This document shows positions 24,543 to 32,084 of a DNA stretch of 32,265 bases, in pieces. This DNA comes from an uncultured archaeon (GTDB taxonomy: Archaea > Aenigmatarchaeota > Aenigmatarchaeia > GW2011-AR5 > WALA01): the NCBI GenBank assembly GCA_964469235.1, contig CAYYKR010000001.1:1-32265 (forward strand), written 5' to 3'. A program made the position numbers and the translations under genes. Under the pieces are notes generated by a model. It was not told the DNA's origin. It was given only the letters and a program-made list of their open reading frames with translations, and did no database searches. How positions within the stretch are numbered: the first letter of the stretch is position 1; each line of letters begins with the position of its first letter.

Positions 24543-25688
24543 TTACTTTCTGTTTTTGATTAGTTCGAATGTTATTTCTTTGCTTCTCTCAACTTCAGGT
24601 TGGTCAAACGGATTTTGTTCTCTCAATATCGCTGAATAGTATGCTATGTACTGCCACATTGCCATAAGTTTTCCAACATTATCTTCAGAAAGTTTGTCCA
24701 ACTCTATCACGGCATATGGTATTTTTTCCTCAGATGATGTTTTTACAACTCCTTCAGATTCGTAATTTATCGCATTTGAAAGATTTAGCCCATTTAAAAT
24801 TGATATACTGCCTTCTCTAAGTTTAACATCAGAAATATTTTTTGGAACTTTTATTTTTATGCCCTTATGATTTTTAATGACTATGAATATTCCAATCATA
24901 TTTTTGGGTCCACCAAAAAATCTTTGATTGGTATGATGCTGAGATTCTGGAGCTATGGCAGAAATTATTGTCTGACCAACTTCATTCTTTCCGGTTGTTT
25001 CATGAATTAGTTGGGTAATTATTTTTGCAAACCCGTCCATAAACTCGGAATATATCGGCATGAAAATTTCATTGTATCCATTTTCTTCCAACAAGAATAA
25101 TGATTTTGAGAATTTGTACAGGCTTCTTTTTATTTTTTCAGATTTGTAAATTTTCTTTGCGCCGTTATATATTTTTTTCACGTCAATCCCACACACAGCT
25201 GCTGGGAAAAGACCACATGATGATAATCCTGCAAATCTACCTTCGATGTCTGGATGTTTCACTATGTTCCATTTCATTCGTTTGGAAATTTCGAGGAGAG
25301 CTCCTCCCCCCGCTACAGAAACGATGTTGGTAAATTTTTTGTTGATGAAGTATAAAAGTTCTTCCAAAACTCCAACCGTGTCTCCAGATTTACTTATAGG
25401 AATTACTACGGTGTCTTCGGGGTTGCATTTTTTGGATACATCTTCGAGGAATTCTGGTTCCATTGTATCGATAAAATAAACATTTCTCTTTGGACGGAGA
25501 GCCCTTGAAAACGCTCTAAAACTGTTTATTGAACCGCCGTTTCCTATGACGACAACATTTTTGAATTTCTCATACCTTTTTGAAATCTTTATAATTTCTT
25601 TGAAGTTTGGAATGTGTTTTGAAAATTGAGGGTCATGTGGTAATTTTCCAACTTTAACACTTGGCAACTTTTCGTATATATTTATCAT
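24543..25688 (-). CDS. pgi: glucose-6-phosphate isomerase (short archaeal PGI/SIS type)
   Basis: VVVIGNGGSINS, PISKSGDTVGVLE, GRFAGLSSCGLFPAA (PGI signature 1-like), QHHTNQ, NPFDQPEVERSK (signature 2-like). Confidence 0.85.
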   Translation of the reverse strand: MINIYEKLPSVKVGKLPHDPQFSKHIPNFKEIIKISKRYEKFKNVVVIGNGGSINSFRAFSRALRPKRNVYFIDTMEPEFLEDVSKKCNPEDTVVIPISKSGDTVGVLEELLYFINKKFTNIVSVAGGGALLEISKRMKWNIVKHPDIEGRFAGLSSCGLFPAAVCGIDVKKIYNGAKKIYKSEKIKRSLYKFSKSLFLLEENGYNEIFMPIYSEFMDGFAKIITQLIHETTGKNEVGQTIISAIAPESQHHTNQRFFGGPKNMIGIFIVIKNHKGIKIKVPKNISDVKLREGSISILNGLNLSNAINYESEGVVKTSSEEKIPYAVIELDKLSEDNVGKLMAMWQYIAYYSAILREQNPFDQPEVERSKEITFELIKNRK

Positions 25689-25697
25689 AGATATCGC

Positions 25698-26708
25698 CTA
25701 TATAATTTTTTTCTTAATTGAAAATTTTTTACCGTTAATAAACTTTTTAATTTCTGATTCTGTTGGATTCCCGGACTTGGCACCAATATATTTACTCTGT
25801 ACATGGATAGCTCCAGCGGCGGATGCGTATTTTAATATTTTTTCAGGTTCCAAATGATTTATCAATCCATATATGAACCATGCTGCGGCACAATCTCCAG
25901 CTCCGGTTGTATTTTTCACATCAGCTACTTTGAACGATTTTGCAATGTATAAATTCTTCGCATCAAAATACATTATTCCATTCTTCCCCAAAGTTATGAA
26001 ACAATTTTTCAATCCTTTAGATTTGAGAGCTCTCAATTTTTCAATACTAAACTTTCCGAAGAGAAGCTCAAATTCTCCAATATTAAATGAAGATGCATCT
26101 GCCTTCATAAGAAGTTTCTTGACTTCTTTTGGAAATTGGTATATCATCGTTCTGCTTGGAGCAAAGAAAATTTTTCCTTTTCGAATTTTTGAATCAAATA
26201 TATACTTTATGGAATTAACTGCTGACTTTCCAGTGAAACTTGTTATGTCGAGCCATTTTGACGAGAAAATAAATTTCGATTTCTTTTTAACATCATTTAC
26301 TGTGAGCTCAGATGCAGAGCCGTGGTCAACTATGAGTGTTGTATCCTTTGTCTTTTCTGAAATTAATATAAGTGACCTTCCAACTTCAAGTCCACGCTGT
26401 TGTATTACATTGCTCATATCAACTCCATGATTTTTCATATCCATTATCATGAATTCTGATAATTTGTCTTTTCCAAGTTTCGTAAAGTATCCTGTTTTAA
26501 GACCGAGCTTAGAGAGATAGGAAACTGTATTTCCTGATGACCCACCAGAATGGATGTACACTTTTCCTTTTGTTTTCTTTCCGAGTGGAAACATTATGTA
26601 CTTTTCTATTCCACGCTTGTCTGATTCTATCATATAGAATTTTGAATCTGTAAAAATATCTATTGTGAGAGACCCTATTCCGATGATGTCATAAGATTTA
26701 TTAACCAT
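25698..26708 (-). CDS. PfkB-family carbohydrate/nucleoside kinase
   Basis: YDIIGIGSLTIDIF, GGSSGNT, NTTGAGDCAAAWFIYG. The track ORF runs to 26771 but its first 21 codons lie inside tRNA-Ala. ATG at 26708 (MVNKSYDIIGIG) is the first start outside the tRNA. Confidence 0.85.
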   Translation of the reverse strand: MVNKSYDIIGIGSLTIDIFTDSKFYMIESDKRGIEKYIMFPLGKKTKGKVYIHSGGSSGNTVSYLSKLGLKTGYFTKLGKDKLSEFMIMDMKNHGVDMSNVIQQRGLEVGRSLILISEKTKDTTLIVDHGSASELTVNDVKKKSKFIFSSKWLDITSFTGKSAVNSIKYIFDSKIRKGKIFFAPSRTMIYQFPKEVKKLLMKADASSFNIGEFELLFGKFSIEKLRALKSKGLKNCFITLGKNGIMYFDAKNLYIAKSFKVADVKNTTGAGDCAAAWFIYGLINHLEPEKILKYASAAGAIHVQSKYIGAKSGNPTESEIKKFINGKKFSIKKKII

Positions 26709-26710
26709 AG

Positions 26711-26803
26711 TGGACCGACCGGGATTTGAACCCGGAATCTTCACCATTTCGGTATAATATTCAATCGCCAAGGTGACGTCCTACCAGATTAGACTATCGG
26801 CCC
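26711..26803 (-). tRNA. tRNA-Ala (anticodon GGC) with 19-nt intron at 37/38
   Basis: Minus-strand read GGGCCGA-UA-GUCU-AAUCUGGUA-GGAC-G-UCACC-UUGGCG[intron]U-GGUGA-AGAUU-CCGGG-UUCAAAU-CCCGG-UCGGUCC-A. G3:U70 alanine identity pair is present. Anticodon at 26769-26767. No encoded CCA. Confidence 0.9.
26747..26765 (-). other. tRNA-Ala intron (19 nt)
   Basis: 4-bp helix UUGG/CCGA (one G.U) flanked by 3-nt bulges CGA and AAU. The outer helix is weak and AU-rich. Confidence 0.75.
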
Positions 26804-26837
26804 GATGAGATTTGATACATGTAATTGTATTTTAAAT

Positions 26838-27350
26838 TTATAAATCAATTCTCTTAAAATTATTTTTTTCAAGAACTTTTACAATAATATACGACATTCC
26901 AATTCCAAGAAGAGCTCCAGCAATAACATCTGTTAAATAGTGGACTCCAAAATAAATTCGCGATAATCCAACCAGGGTTGCAAGAGTATAAAATATCTCT
27001 GGATGCTTAAAATATTTTGAGAGAACATAGGCAAATGAAAATACTACAGCGGTATGCTGGCTCGGAAATGAATAGTCGATAATTTTAGTAAATGACATGT
27101 ATAATATCTGATGAAATGGTCTCGGTTCTTTTACCACGAACTTTATAATTATCGCTGATATCCACGATATTGATGATGACCATAGTATTGAAATTGTTTC
27201 TTTCTTCTTTTTCAAAATCACAAGAATTATAATGGTTACTACGAGAGATGGAACGAAGGAATACGCTATGAGTTTGAATAAGAAATCTGTAATGGGGTTT
27301 CTTATTGATTGAATATACGACATGTAATATGGAGAATTTTCTAGAATCAT
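26838..27350 (-). CDS. PAP2-family membrane phosphatase (undecaprenyl/dolichyl-diphosphatase-like)
   Basis: KEPRPF, PSQH, SRIYFGVHYLTDV, the three PAP2 motifs, within about 5 TM helices. ATGA overlap with the archease stop. Confidence 0.85.
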   Translation of the reverse strand: MILENSPYYMSYIQSIRNPITDFLFKLIAYSFVPSLVVTIIILVILKKKKETISILWSSSISWISAIIIKFVVKEPRPFHQILYMSFTKIIDYSFPSQHTAVVFSFAYVLSKYFKHPEIFYTLATLVGLSRIYFGVHYLTDVIAGALLGIGMSYIIVKVLEKNNFKRIDL

Positions 27351-27766
27351 ATGTCAAGCACCACCTGAGCTGTCCATTCGTTTTTCTTTTTGACTTCAAG
27401 TTTATGATATGTGCAAGATTTTACATCGTGCCGTGGCTCGTGTTTCTTCTTGTCGAATTTCTCGCCGTATCCAATTGCATTTAATTTATATTTACCCGTT
27501 GATTTGTCTTCGATTATTTTAACTTTGAAATCTTTGAAAAACATATTTTTGGAATCTTTTTCATATATTAGTTCATTTAGCCATAAAAAAAGGAGCTCCC
27601 TTAAATCCTTTGCAGAGAGCTCGAATTTTTTTTCGAATTTCTTTTCAATCCCACCAACCATGTAGTTTTCAAGAACTTTTGCAGCGGTTTTAAACAACTT
27701 ATTTAAAGAATTCTCTCTAACTATAACGGCAACATCAGCTGTTGACCAATCTTCAAAATGATACAT
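27347..27766 (-). CDS. archease (RtcB activator)
   Basis: N-terminal FEDWSTADVAVIV (H/S-TAD motif) and C-terminal VKSCTYHKLEVKKKNEWTAQVVLDI, about 140 aa. Confidence 0.88.
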   Translation of the reverse strand: MYHFEDWSTADVAVIVRENSLNKLFKTAAKVLENYMVGGIEKKFEKKFELSAKDLRELLFLWLNELIYEKDSKNMFFKDFKVKIIEDKSTGKYKLNAIGYGEKFDKKKHEPRHDVKSCTYHKLEVKKKNEWTAQVVLDI

Positions 27767-27820
27767 GATAATAAGTTTAAAAAGAAGTTATTTAAAATTA
27801 AATGTAAAATAAAATAAGAG

Positions 27821-28108
27821 GTGGTTGATATTCCAGCAGCATACAAGAGAACATATGAGCACACAAAATCTCGTGGACACGAAAAGATGGTAAGATGCGC
27901 GTTCTGCGGAAAGCTCGTTCCAAAATACAAAGCCATAGTTATAAAGAGAGGATTCCACGTAGATAAAGCAACTATGAAACTCGTCGATAGAAGGTTTGTG
28001 AGTCAAACCGAACAGAAGATGTACGTCTGTCCAAGTTGTGCGAGGCATAGGGGCATTATACAAATAGGAAAATCTAGAAAATCTAGAACACCTAACAAGA
28101 AAAGGTAA
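27821..28108 (+). CDS. rps26e: 30S ribosomal protein S26e (tentative)
   Basis: SRGHEKMVRCAFCGKLVPKYKAI ... YVCPSCARHRGII, the S26e zinc-ribbon pattern. GTG start at 27821 lies about 25-30 nt downstream of TTTAAAATTAAA. Confidence 0.7.
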   Translation: MVDIPAAYKRTYEHTKSRGHEKMVRCAFCGKLVPKYKAIVIKRGFHVDKATMKLVDRRFVSQTEQKMYVCPSCARHRGIIQIGKSRKSRTPNKKR

Positions 28109-28109
28109 T

Positions 28110-29804
28110 ATGATGTTTGACATCATAAGTAAGATTCTTGGCAAGAATAAAAAAAATAAGCTGAAATATACTCAAAGTAATACTCGTGCTTCTCAACTTA
28201 TAAGCTTAATACGGGGAAACTATATTCCAAAAAAAGAAATGATTGCTCAATCTCAAGAATTTAAATTAGATCCCCACTTTCCAAAATTTGTTGTAAAATC
28301 AGATAAGCACATATACAATTTGCAAGATGTAACGAAAGAACATTCTGTAAAGTATCCATTGATAGAACCTTATGCTTATGTCAATATTGCCTGGAATCAT
28401 TCAAACGATGAAGTTATTTACAATGTAATTGAGCCTATTCTATCTCCAAGTGAGAAAGAAATGTTGAAAAAAATTACAGATGGATTAATTCAAACTATAG
28501 ATGTTGGATTGACTCACATAAAAAATGGATATTTCTTAACGCAATATCTTGAATCAAAAGTTCAGGGCATAATTAAAGAATACAAAATGAAAATAACTCC
28601 CATTCAATATCTTAAAATCATGTACTATATATACAGAAATTTTGTTGGACTCAATAAAATCGAACCTCTGATGCACGATCCCTATATAGAAGATATAGGT
28701 TGCGACGGAATAAACATTCCAATATACATAGTTCATAGAAAATACGGGTCTGTAAAGACGAATATAATCTTTACGGATGAGGAGGATCTTCGAGAGTTTG
28801 TCGTAAAATTGTCTGAAAAGTGTGACAGATATATAAGTTATGCTGAACCTCTCTTAGACGGAGCTCTTCCGGACGGTTCCAGAGTACAAGCATCACTTGC
28901 AAAGGACGTTACTACAAATGGACCGACATTTTCAATAAGAAAGTTTAAAGAGATTCCATTTACACCCATAGAAATGATAAAGGACAAGACACTGTCATCT
29001 GAAATGCTTGCCTATTTGTGGTTTTTAGTTGAAAACGGCTCGAACATATTGATATGCGGTGGGGTATCAACCGGTAAGACGACCCTTTTAAATACGATAT
29101 CGATGTTTATACCCCCGGAAGCCAAGATAGTTTCAATTGAGGATACTCGCGAGTTAAATCTGCCCCACGAAAATTGGATACCTTCTGTGTCAAGAATTGG
29201 ATTTGGAAGCTCTACAGTTGGGGAAGTTTCCATGTTTGAGCTCTTAAAAGAATCCTTCAGACAAAATCCCGACTATATTATAGTAGGTGAAGTTAGAGGT
29301 AAGGAAGCTTACATATTGTTTCAGGCTATGTCATCTGGGCATCCGTCAATAGCAACTATGCATGGGAGTTCAACAGATGCGATAATGAAGCGTCTTGAAA
29401 CTCCACCAATAGAATTGCCGGTAGGATTACTTGAATCCTTAGATATAATTATAATAATGATACATGCAAGGGAAAAGGGAAAGTCTGCAAGGAGATTAAA
29501 AGAAATTGATGAGATAAGGTCTATCGATTCCGAGAGCGGGAAGGCAAATTATTCAAAAGTTTTCAAATGGATTCCGTCCAACGATACATTTGAATTTTCT
29601 GGAACATCGTGGGTTCTTGAAAAGATTTCCAAGAACAAGGGAATTCCAATGATTGAAATAAAAAAGGAGCTTGTACGCAGAAAGAAATTTATCGATTGGA
29701 TGCACGATTCTGATATAACTGAAATGAATAGAATATCGAAATTCATTCAGATGTATTACAAGGATAAAAAGAAGATGATGGAAATAATTGAAAATAATTC
29801 TTAA
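28110..29804 (+). CDS. FlaI/PilB-type (GspE/VirB11 superfamily) archaeal type IV filament assembly ATPase
   Basis: YPLIEPYAYVNI...YNVIEP N-domain, Walker A GGVSTGKTTLLN, Asp box IVSIEDTRELNL, Walker B PDYIIVGEVRGKEA, His box SGHPSIATMHG. ATG lies 2 nt after the S26e stop. Confidence 0.88.
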   Translation: MMFDIISKILGKNKKNKLKYTQSNTRASQLISLIRGNYIPKKEMIAQSQEFKLDPHFPKFVVKSDKHIYNLQDVTKEHSVKYPLIEPYAYVNIAWNHSNDEVIYNVIEPILSPSEKEMLKKITDGLIQTIDVGLTHIKNGYFLTQYLESKVQGIIKEYKMKITPIQYLKIMYYIYRNFVGLNKIEPLMHDPYIEDIGCDGINIPIYIVHRKYGSVKTNIIFTDEEDLREFVVKLSEKCDRYISYAEPLLDGALPDGSRVQASLAKDVTTNGPTFSIRKFKEIPFTPIEMIKDKTLSSEMLAYLWFLVENGSNILICGGVSTGKTTLLNTISMFIPPEAKIVSIEDTRELNLPHENWIPSVSRIGFGSSTVGEVSMFELLKESFRQNPDYIIVGEVRGKEAYILFQAMSSGHPSIATMHGSSTDAIMKRLETPPIELPVGLLESLDIIIIMIHAREKGKSARRLKEIDEIRSIDSESGKANYSKVFKWIPSNDTFEFSGTSWVLEKISKNKGIPMIEIKKELVRRKKFIDWMHDSDITEMNRISKFIQMYYKDKKKMMEIIENNS

Positions 29805-29807
29805 ACA

Positions 29808-31070
29808 TTAAATTGTAAATTTATTGTCAATTGCCAACGGGCTCGAGCCAGCGTGCCATGACTGACGTGGATGGACTTGAACCTTATAAATTCTCTCTGA
29901 ATTGTCGTCAAGAACCAATGCAACCCCTTTATTTCTTGGCAAATCGTTTAGATATTTTTCTATATCGAACAACATATAAGTTTGCATTATCGCTTTCAAT
30001 GCTTCTATATCTGATTTCGAGGTGAGTCTGTGGGATATTATTAAATCACTCTGTGCTATAACATCTGGATGAAGTTTATTCGGCCTTTGAGTCGCAAATA
30101 CAGTTGAAACTCCAGGTTGCCTACCTTCCTTTACAATCCTCAAAAGTATATCTGATGATGCAACCTTTCCCACATTTGGTACAAAGTTATGAGCTTCGTC
30201 TATAAAAATCCAGCAAAGCGGAACTCTTTTTATGTCTTCGTTTTCAACTCTGGCGAGCTCTTCAAGTCGGCGAGCTTTAATTCGGTCTTCAAGAACTTTT
30301 TTCAAGACAAGCGATACTAAAAGCGTTCTGACAACTGACGGTGTCATAGAAACATCAAGTATGGTAACTTTTTCGGGCTCGAGAATCTTTGGCATCAAAC
30401 TTTCTCCAAATATTCCCCACATTTTTGCCGCGAGAAATCTATTTTCAAGCGCGAGCTTTTCCTTTTCGAACCCTTCTTCCTTTTTTATGTTCTTTATTAT
30501 CTCTTCGATGTCATATGGTTTGTCGTAATTCTTTTTCATTTTCGTAATTACTCTTTCAAGAAGTATTCCCAATGTATCGTTTATTCCTAAATCAAAAACG
30601 TAGAGCCAGTCATCTGGACCTAGCTCCGATGGTGAAACTGAGAACGTTCCGTCAAAATTGACCCCGGCCCCTTCAAATAATTCTTTCTGACCGTGCGGAA
30701 TGTAAACCTTGACATCAAATCCACTTGGTTTCATTCCCCATTTGGCAAGCATTTGTTTAGATTCATCGTTCGGGTATTTCATCGTCCAAAAAATACCTTG
30801 AGTGTCTATCATTAAGGAACATAAATTTTTTCTTACATCTTTTTCAATTTTTTTCATCTCTTCAACAAAGACTCCGAGTGTGTAACTTTTTCCACCCCCT
30901 CGCTTTCCACAAATTATCATACAGTGAGGCCGTAGAACGTCAACTAGAATTGGAGAAGTTAAGTGAGCATCCTCTCCGGTTCCCACGATATGCTTTCCTA
31001 AAAATATGGTTCCCTTTTCTCCGAATCTTTCCAAATCTTTCATATCGCGTCCTATAACAACATTTGGCAT
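29808..31070 (-). CDS. HerA-like (DUF87) FtsK/HerA-superfamily ATPase
   Basis: Walker A CGKRGGGKSYTLG, Walker B WIFIDEAHNFVP, VFATQRPNKL...IISHRL. 420 aa. No NurA-like partner in the window. Confidence 0.8.
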   Translation of the reverse strand: MPNVVIGRDMKDLERFGEKGTIFLGKHIVGTGEDAHLTSPILVDVLRPHCMIICGKRGGGKSYTLGVFVEEMKKIEKDVRKNLCSLMIDTQGIFWTMKYPNDESKQMLAKWGMKPSGFDVKVYIPHGQKELFEGAGVNFDGTFSVSPSELGPDDWLYVFDLGINDTLGILLERVITKMKKNYDKPYDIEEIIKNIKKEEGFEKEKLALENRFLAAKMWGIFGESLMPKILEPEKVTILDVSMTPSVVRTLLVSLVLKKVLEDRIKARRLEELARVENEDIKRVPLCWIFIDEAHNFVPNVGKVASSDILLRIVKEGRQPGVSTVFATQRPNKLHPDVIAQSDLIISHRLTSKSDIEALKAIMQTYMLFDIEKYLNDLPRNKGVALVLDDNSERIYKVQVHPRQSWHAGSSPLAIDNKFTI

Positions 31071-31123
31071 TTAATCTCCTTTATATAATTTTACACGATA
31101 AATTAAATAGTTTTGGTGATTGA

Positions 31124-31417
31124 ATGAAAGTAAGAGAACTTATGGAAGGAATGAAAGGAGTGAACATAGAGGGAAGGGTTGTTGATGTTAAAGACCCGAG
31201 GGAAGTTAAAACGAAGTATGGAAAGACATTTCTAACAAATGCAAAGCTTGAAGACGACAGCGGAAAAATCAGCCTTACATTATGGGGAGACGATGCACTC
31301 AACATTAAAGAGGGAATGACCATAAAAATTGAAAATGGATTTGTAAACAGTTGGAATGACGAACCTCAATTGACTGTGGGAAAGTTTGGAAAGCTCACAA
31401 TTAAAAAAGAGGATTAA
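31124..31417 (+). CDS. single OB-fold nucleic-acid-binding protein (SSB/RPA-like)
   Basis: 97 aa. VNIEGRVVDVKDPREVKTKYGKTFLTNAKLEDDSGKISLTLWGDDA...IKIENGFVNSWNDEPQLTVGKFGKL is the pattern of small archaeal OB-fold proteins. Confidence 0.7.
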   Translation: MKVRELMEGMKGVNIEGRVVDVKDPREVKTKYGKTFLTNAKLEDDSGKISLTLWGDDALNIKEGMTIKIENGFVNSWNDEPQLTVGKFGKLTIKKED

Positions 31418-31419
31418 AT

Positions 31420-32037
31420 TCACAAAATTACAAATAGTGCAAGAGAAGTCAAAAATATCATGGACCAAACTTTCCAGCTGTAAAAGAATATTTTTGAGCC
31501 GTCCAACGGTGGTATCGGTATTAAGTTGAACACGGCAAGCCATATATTTATTCCAACTGAATATGTTAAAATACTATTTGCAATACTCGCCGATGAAAGT
31601 GGTATTAATTTTAGAGCAGCAAAAGATATTAGCGCTAGTATTATATTTATCACTGGACCGGCAGCTGAAATTATTGCATTTTCTTTTCTTGTTATCCTTT
31701 TTACATTACCCCAAAGGTCAATGCTCGGATAAATTACAACAGCACCCGGAGCTGCGAATGTAAAATTTCCATTTGTTATTATTGCAAATATAAATGCGAG
31801 AAATAATCCGTACTTCCACATTTCAAAACGTGCATAGCATCCAAATTTTCTTGCATAGTACCTGTGCCCCATTTCATGAAATATAAAAGCAAATGATATC
31901 GCAAACAATGATATTAAAAAGTTTTTTGGTAATGAAGATAAATTTTGTATTCCCCTGTATGCAAAAACGAACGCCAATACCACTGCAGATATCAAAAGAT
32001 CTGTCAATTCTTTTTTATCCATGATTTTGTTAATCAA
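31420..32037 (-). CDS. site-2 protease family (M50) membrane metalloprotease
   Basis: HEMGHRYYARKFG (HExxH) and NLIPIPPLDGSKI second motif, multi-TM. Confidence 0.85.
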   Translation of the reverse strand: MINKIMDKKELTDLLISAVVLAFVFAYRGIQNLSSLPKNFLISLFAISFAFIFHEMGHRYYARKFGCYARFEMWKYGLFLAFIFAIITNGNFTFAAPGAVVIYPSIDLWGNVKRITRKENAIISAAGPVINIILALISFAALKLIPLSSASIANSILTYSVGINIWLAVFNLIPIPPLDGSKIFFYSWKVWSMIFLTSLALFVIL

Positions 32038-32084
32038 TTAAAAGATTTAAATAAAATTATGTTTAAAATAACTATGCTATTTAT

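Noticed and set aside
25873-26430. 185-aa plus-strand ORF, the longest alternative ORF in the window.
   Set aside because: It is entirely antisense to the PfkB kinase, whose motifs are intact. Its product is Ser/Phe-rich with no motif, and there is no upstream spacer for a promoter.
26709-26771. N-terminal 21 codons of the track ORF 25698-26771.
   Set aside because: This stretch is tRNA-Ala sequence (T-arm, anticodon stem 3' strand and intron). The conserved kinase N-terminus starts at the ATG at 26708.
4152-30382. CTCGAG (XhoI-type palindrome) also appears several times, at roughly 6 sites including 766, 4152, 6700, 17671, 29834 and 30367.
   Set aside because: The count is only about twice my rough expectation, and two of the sites are by-products of adjacent GAGCTC sites. 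It is not comparable to the GAGCTC excess.
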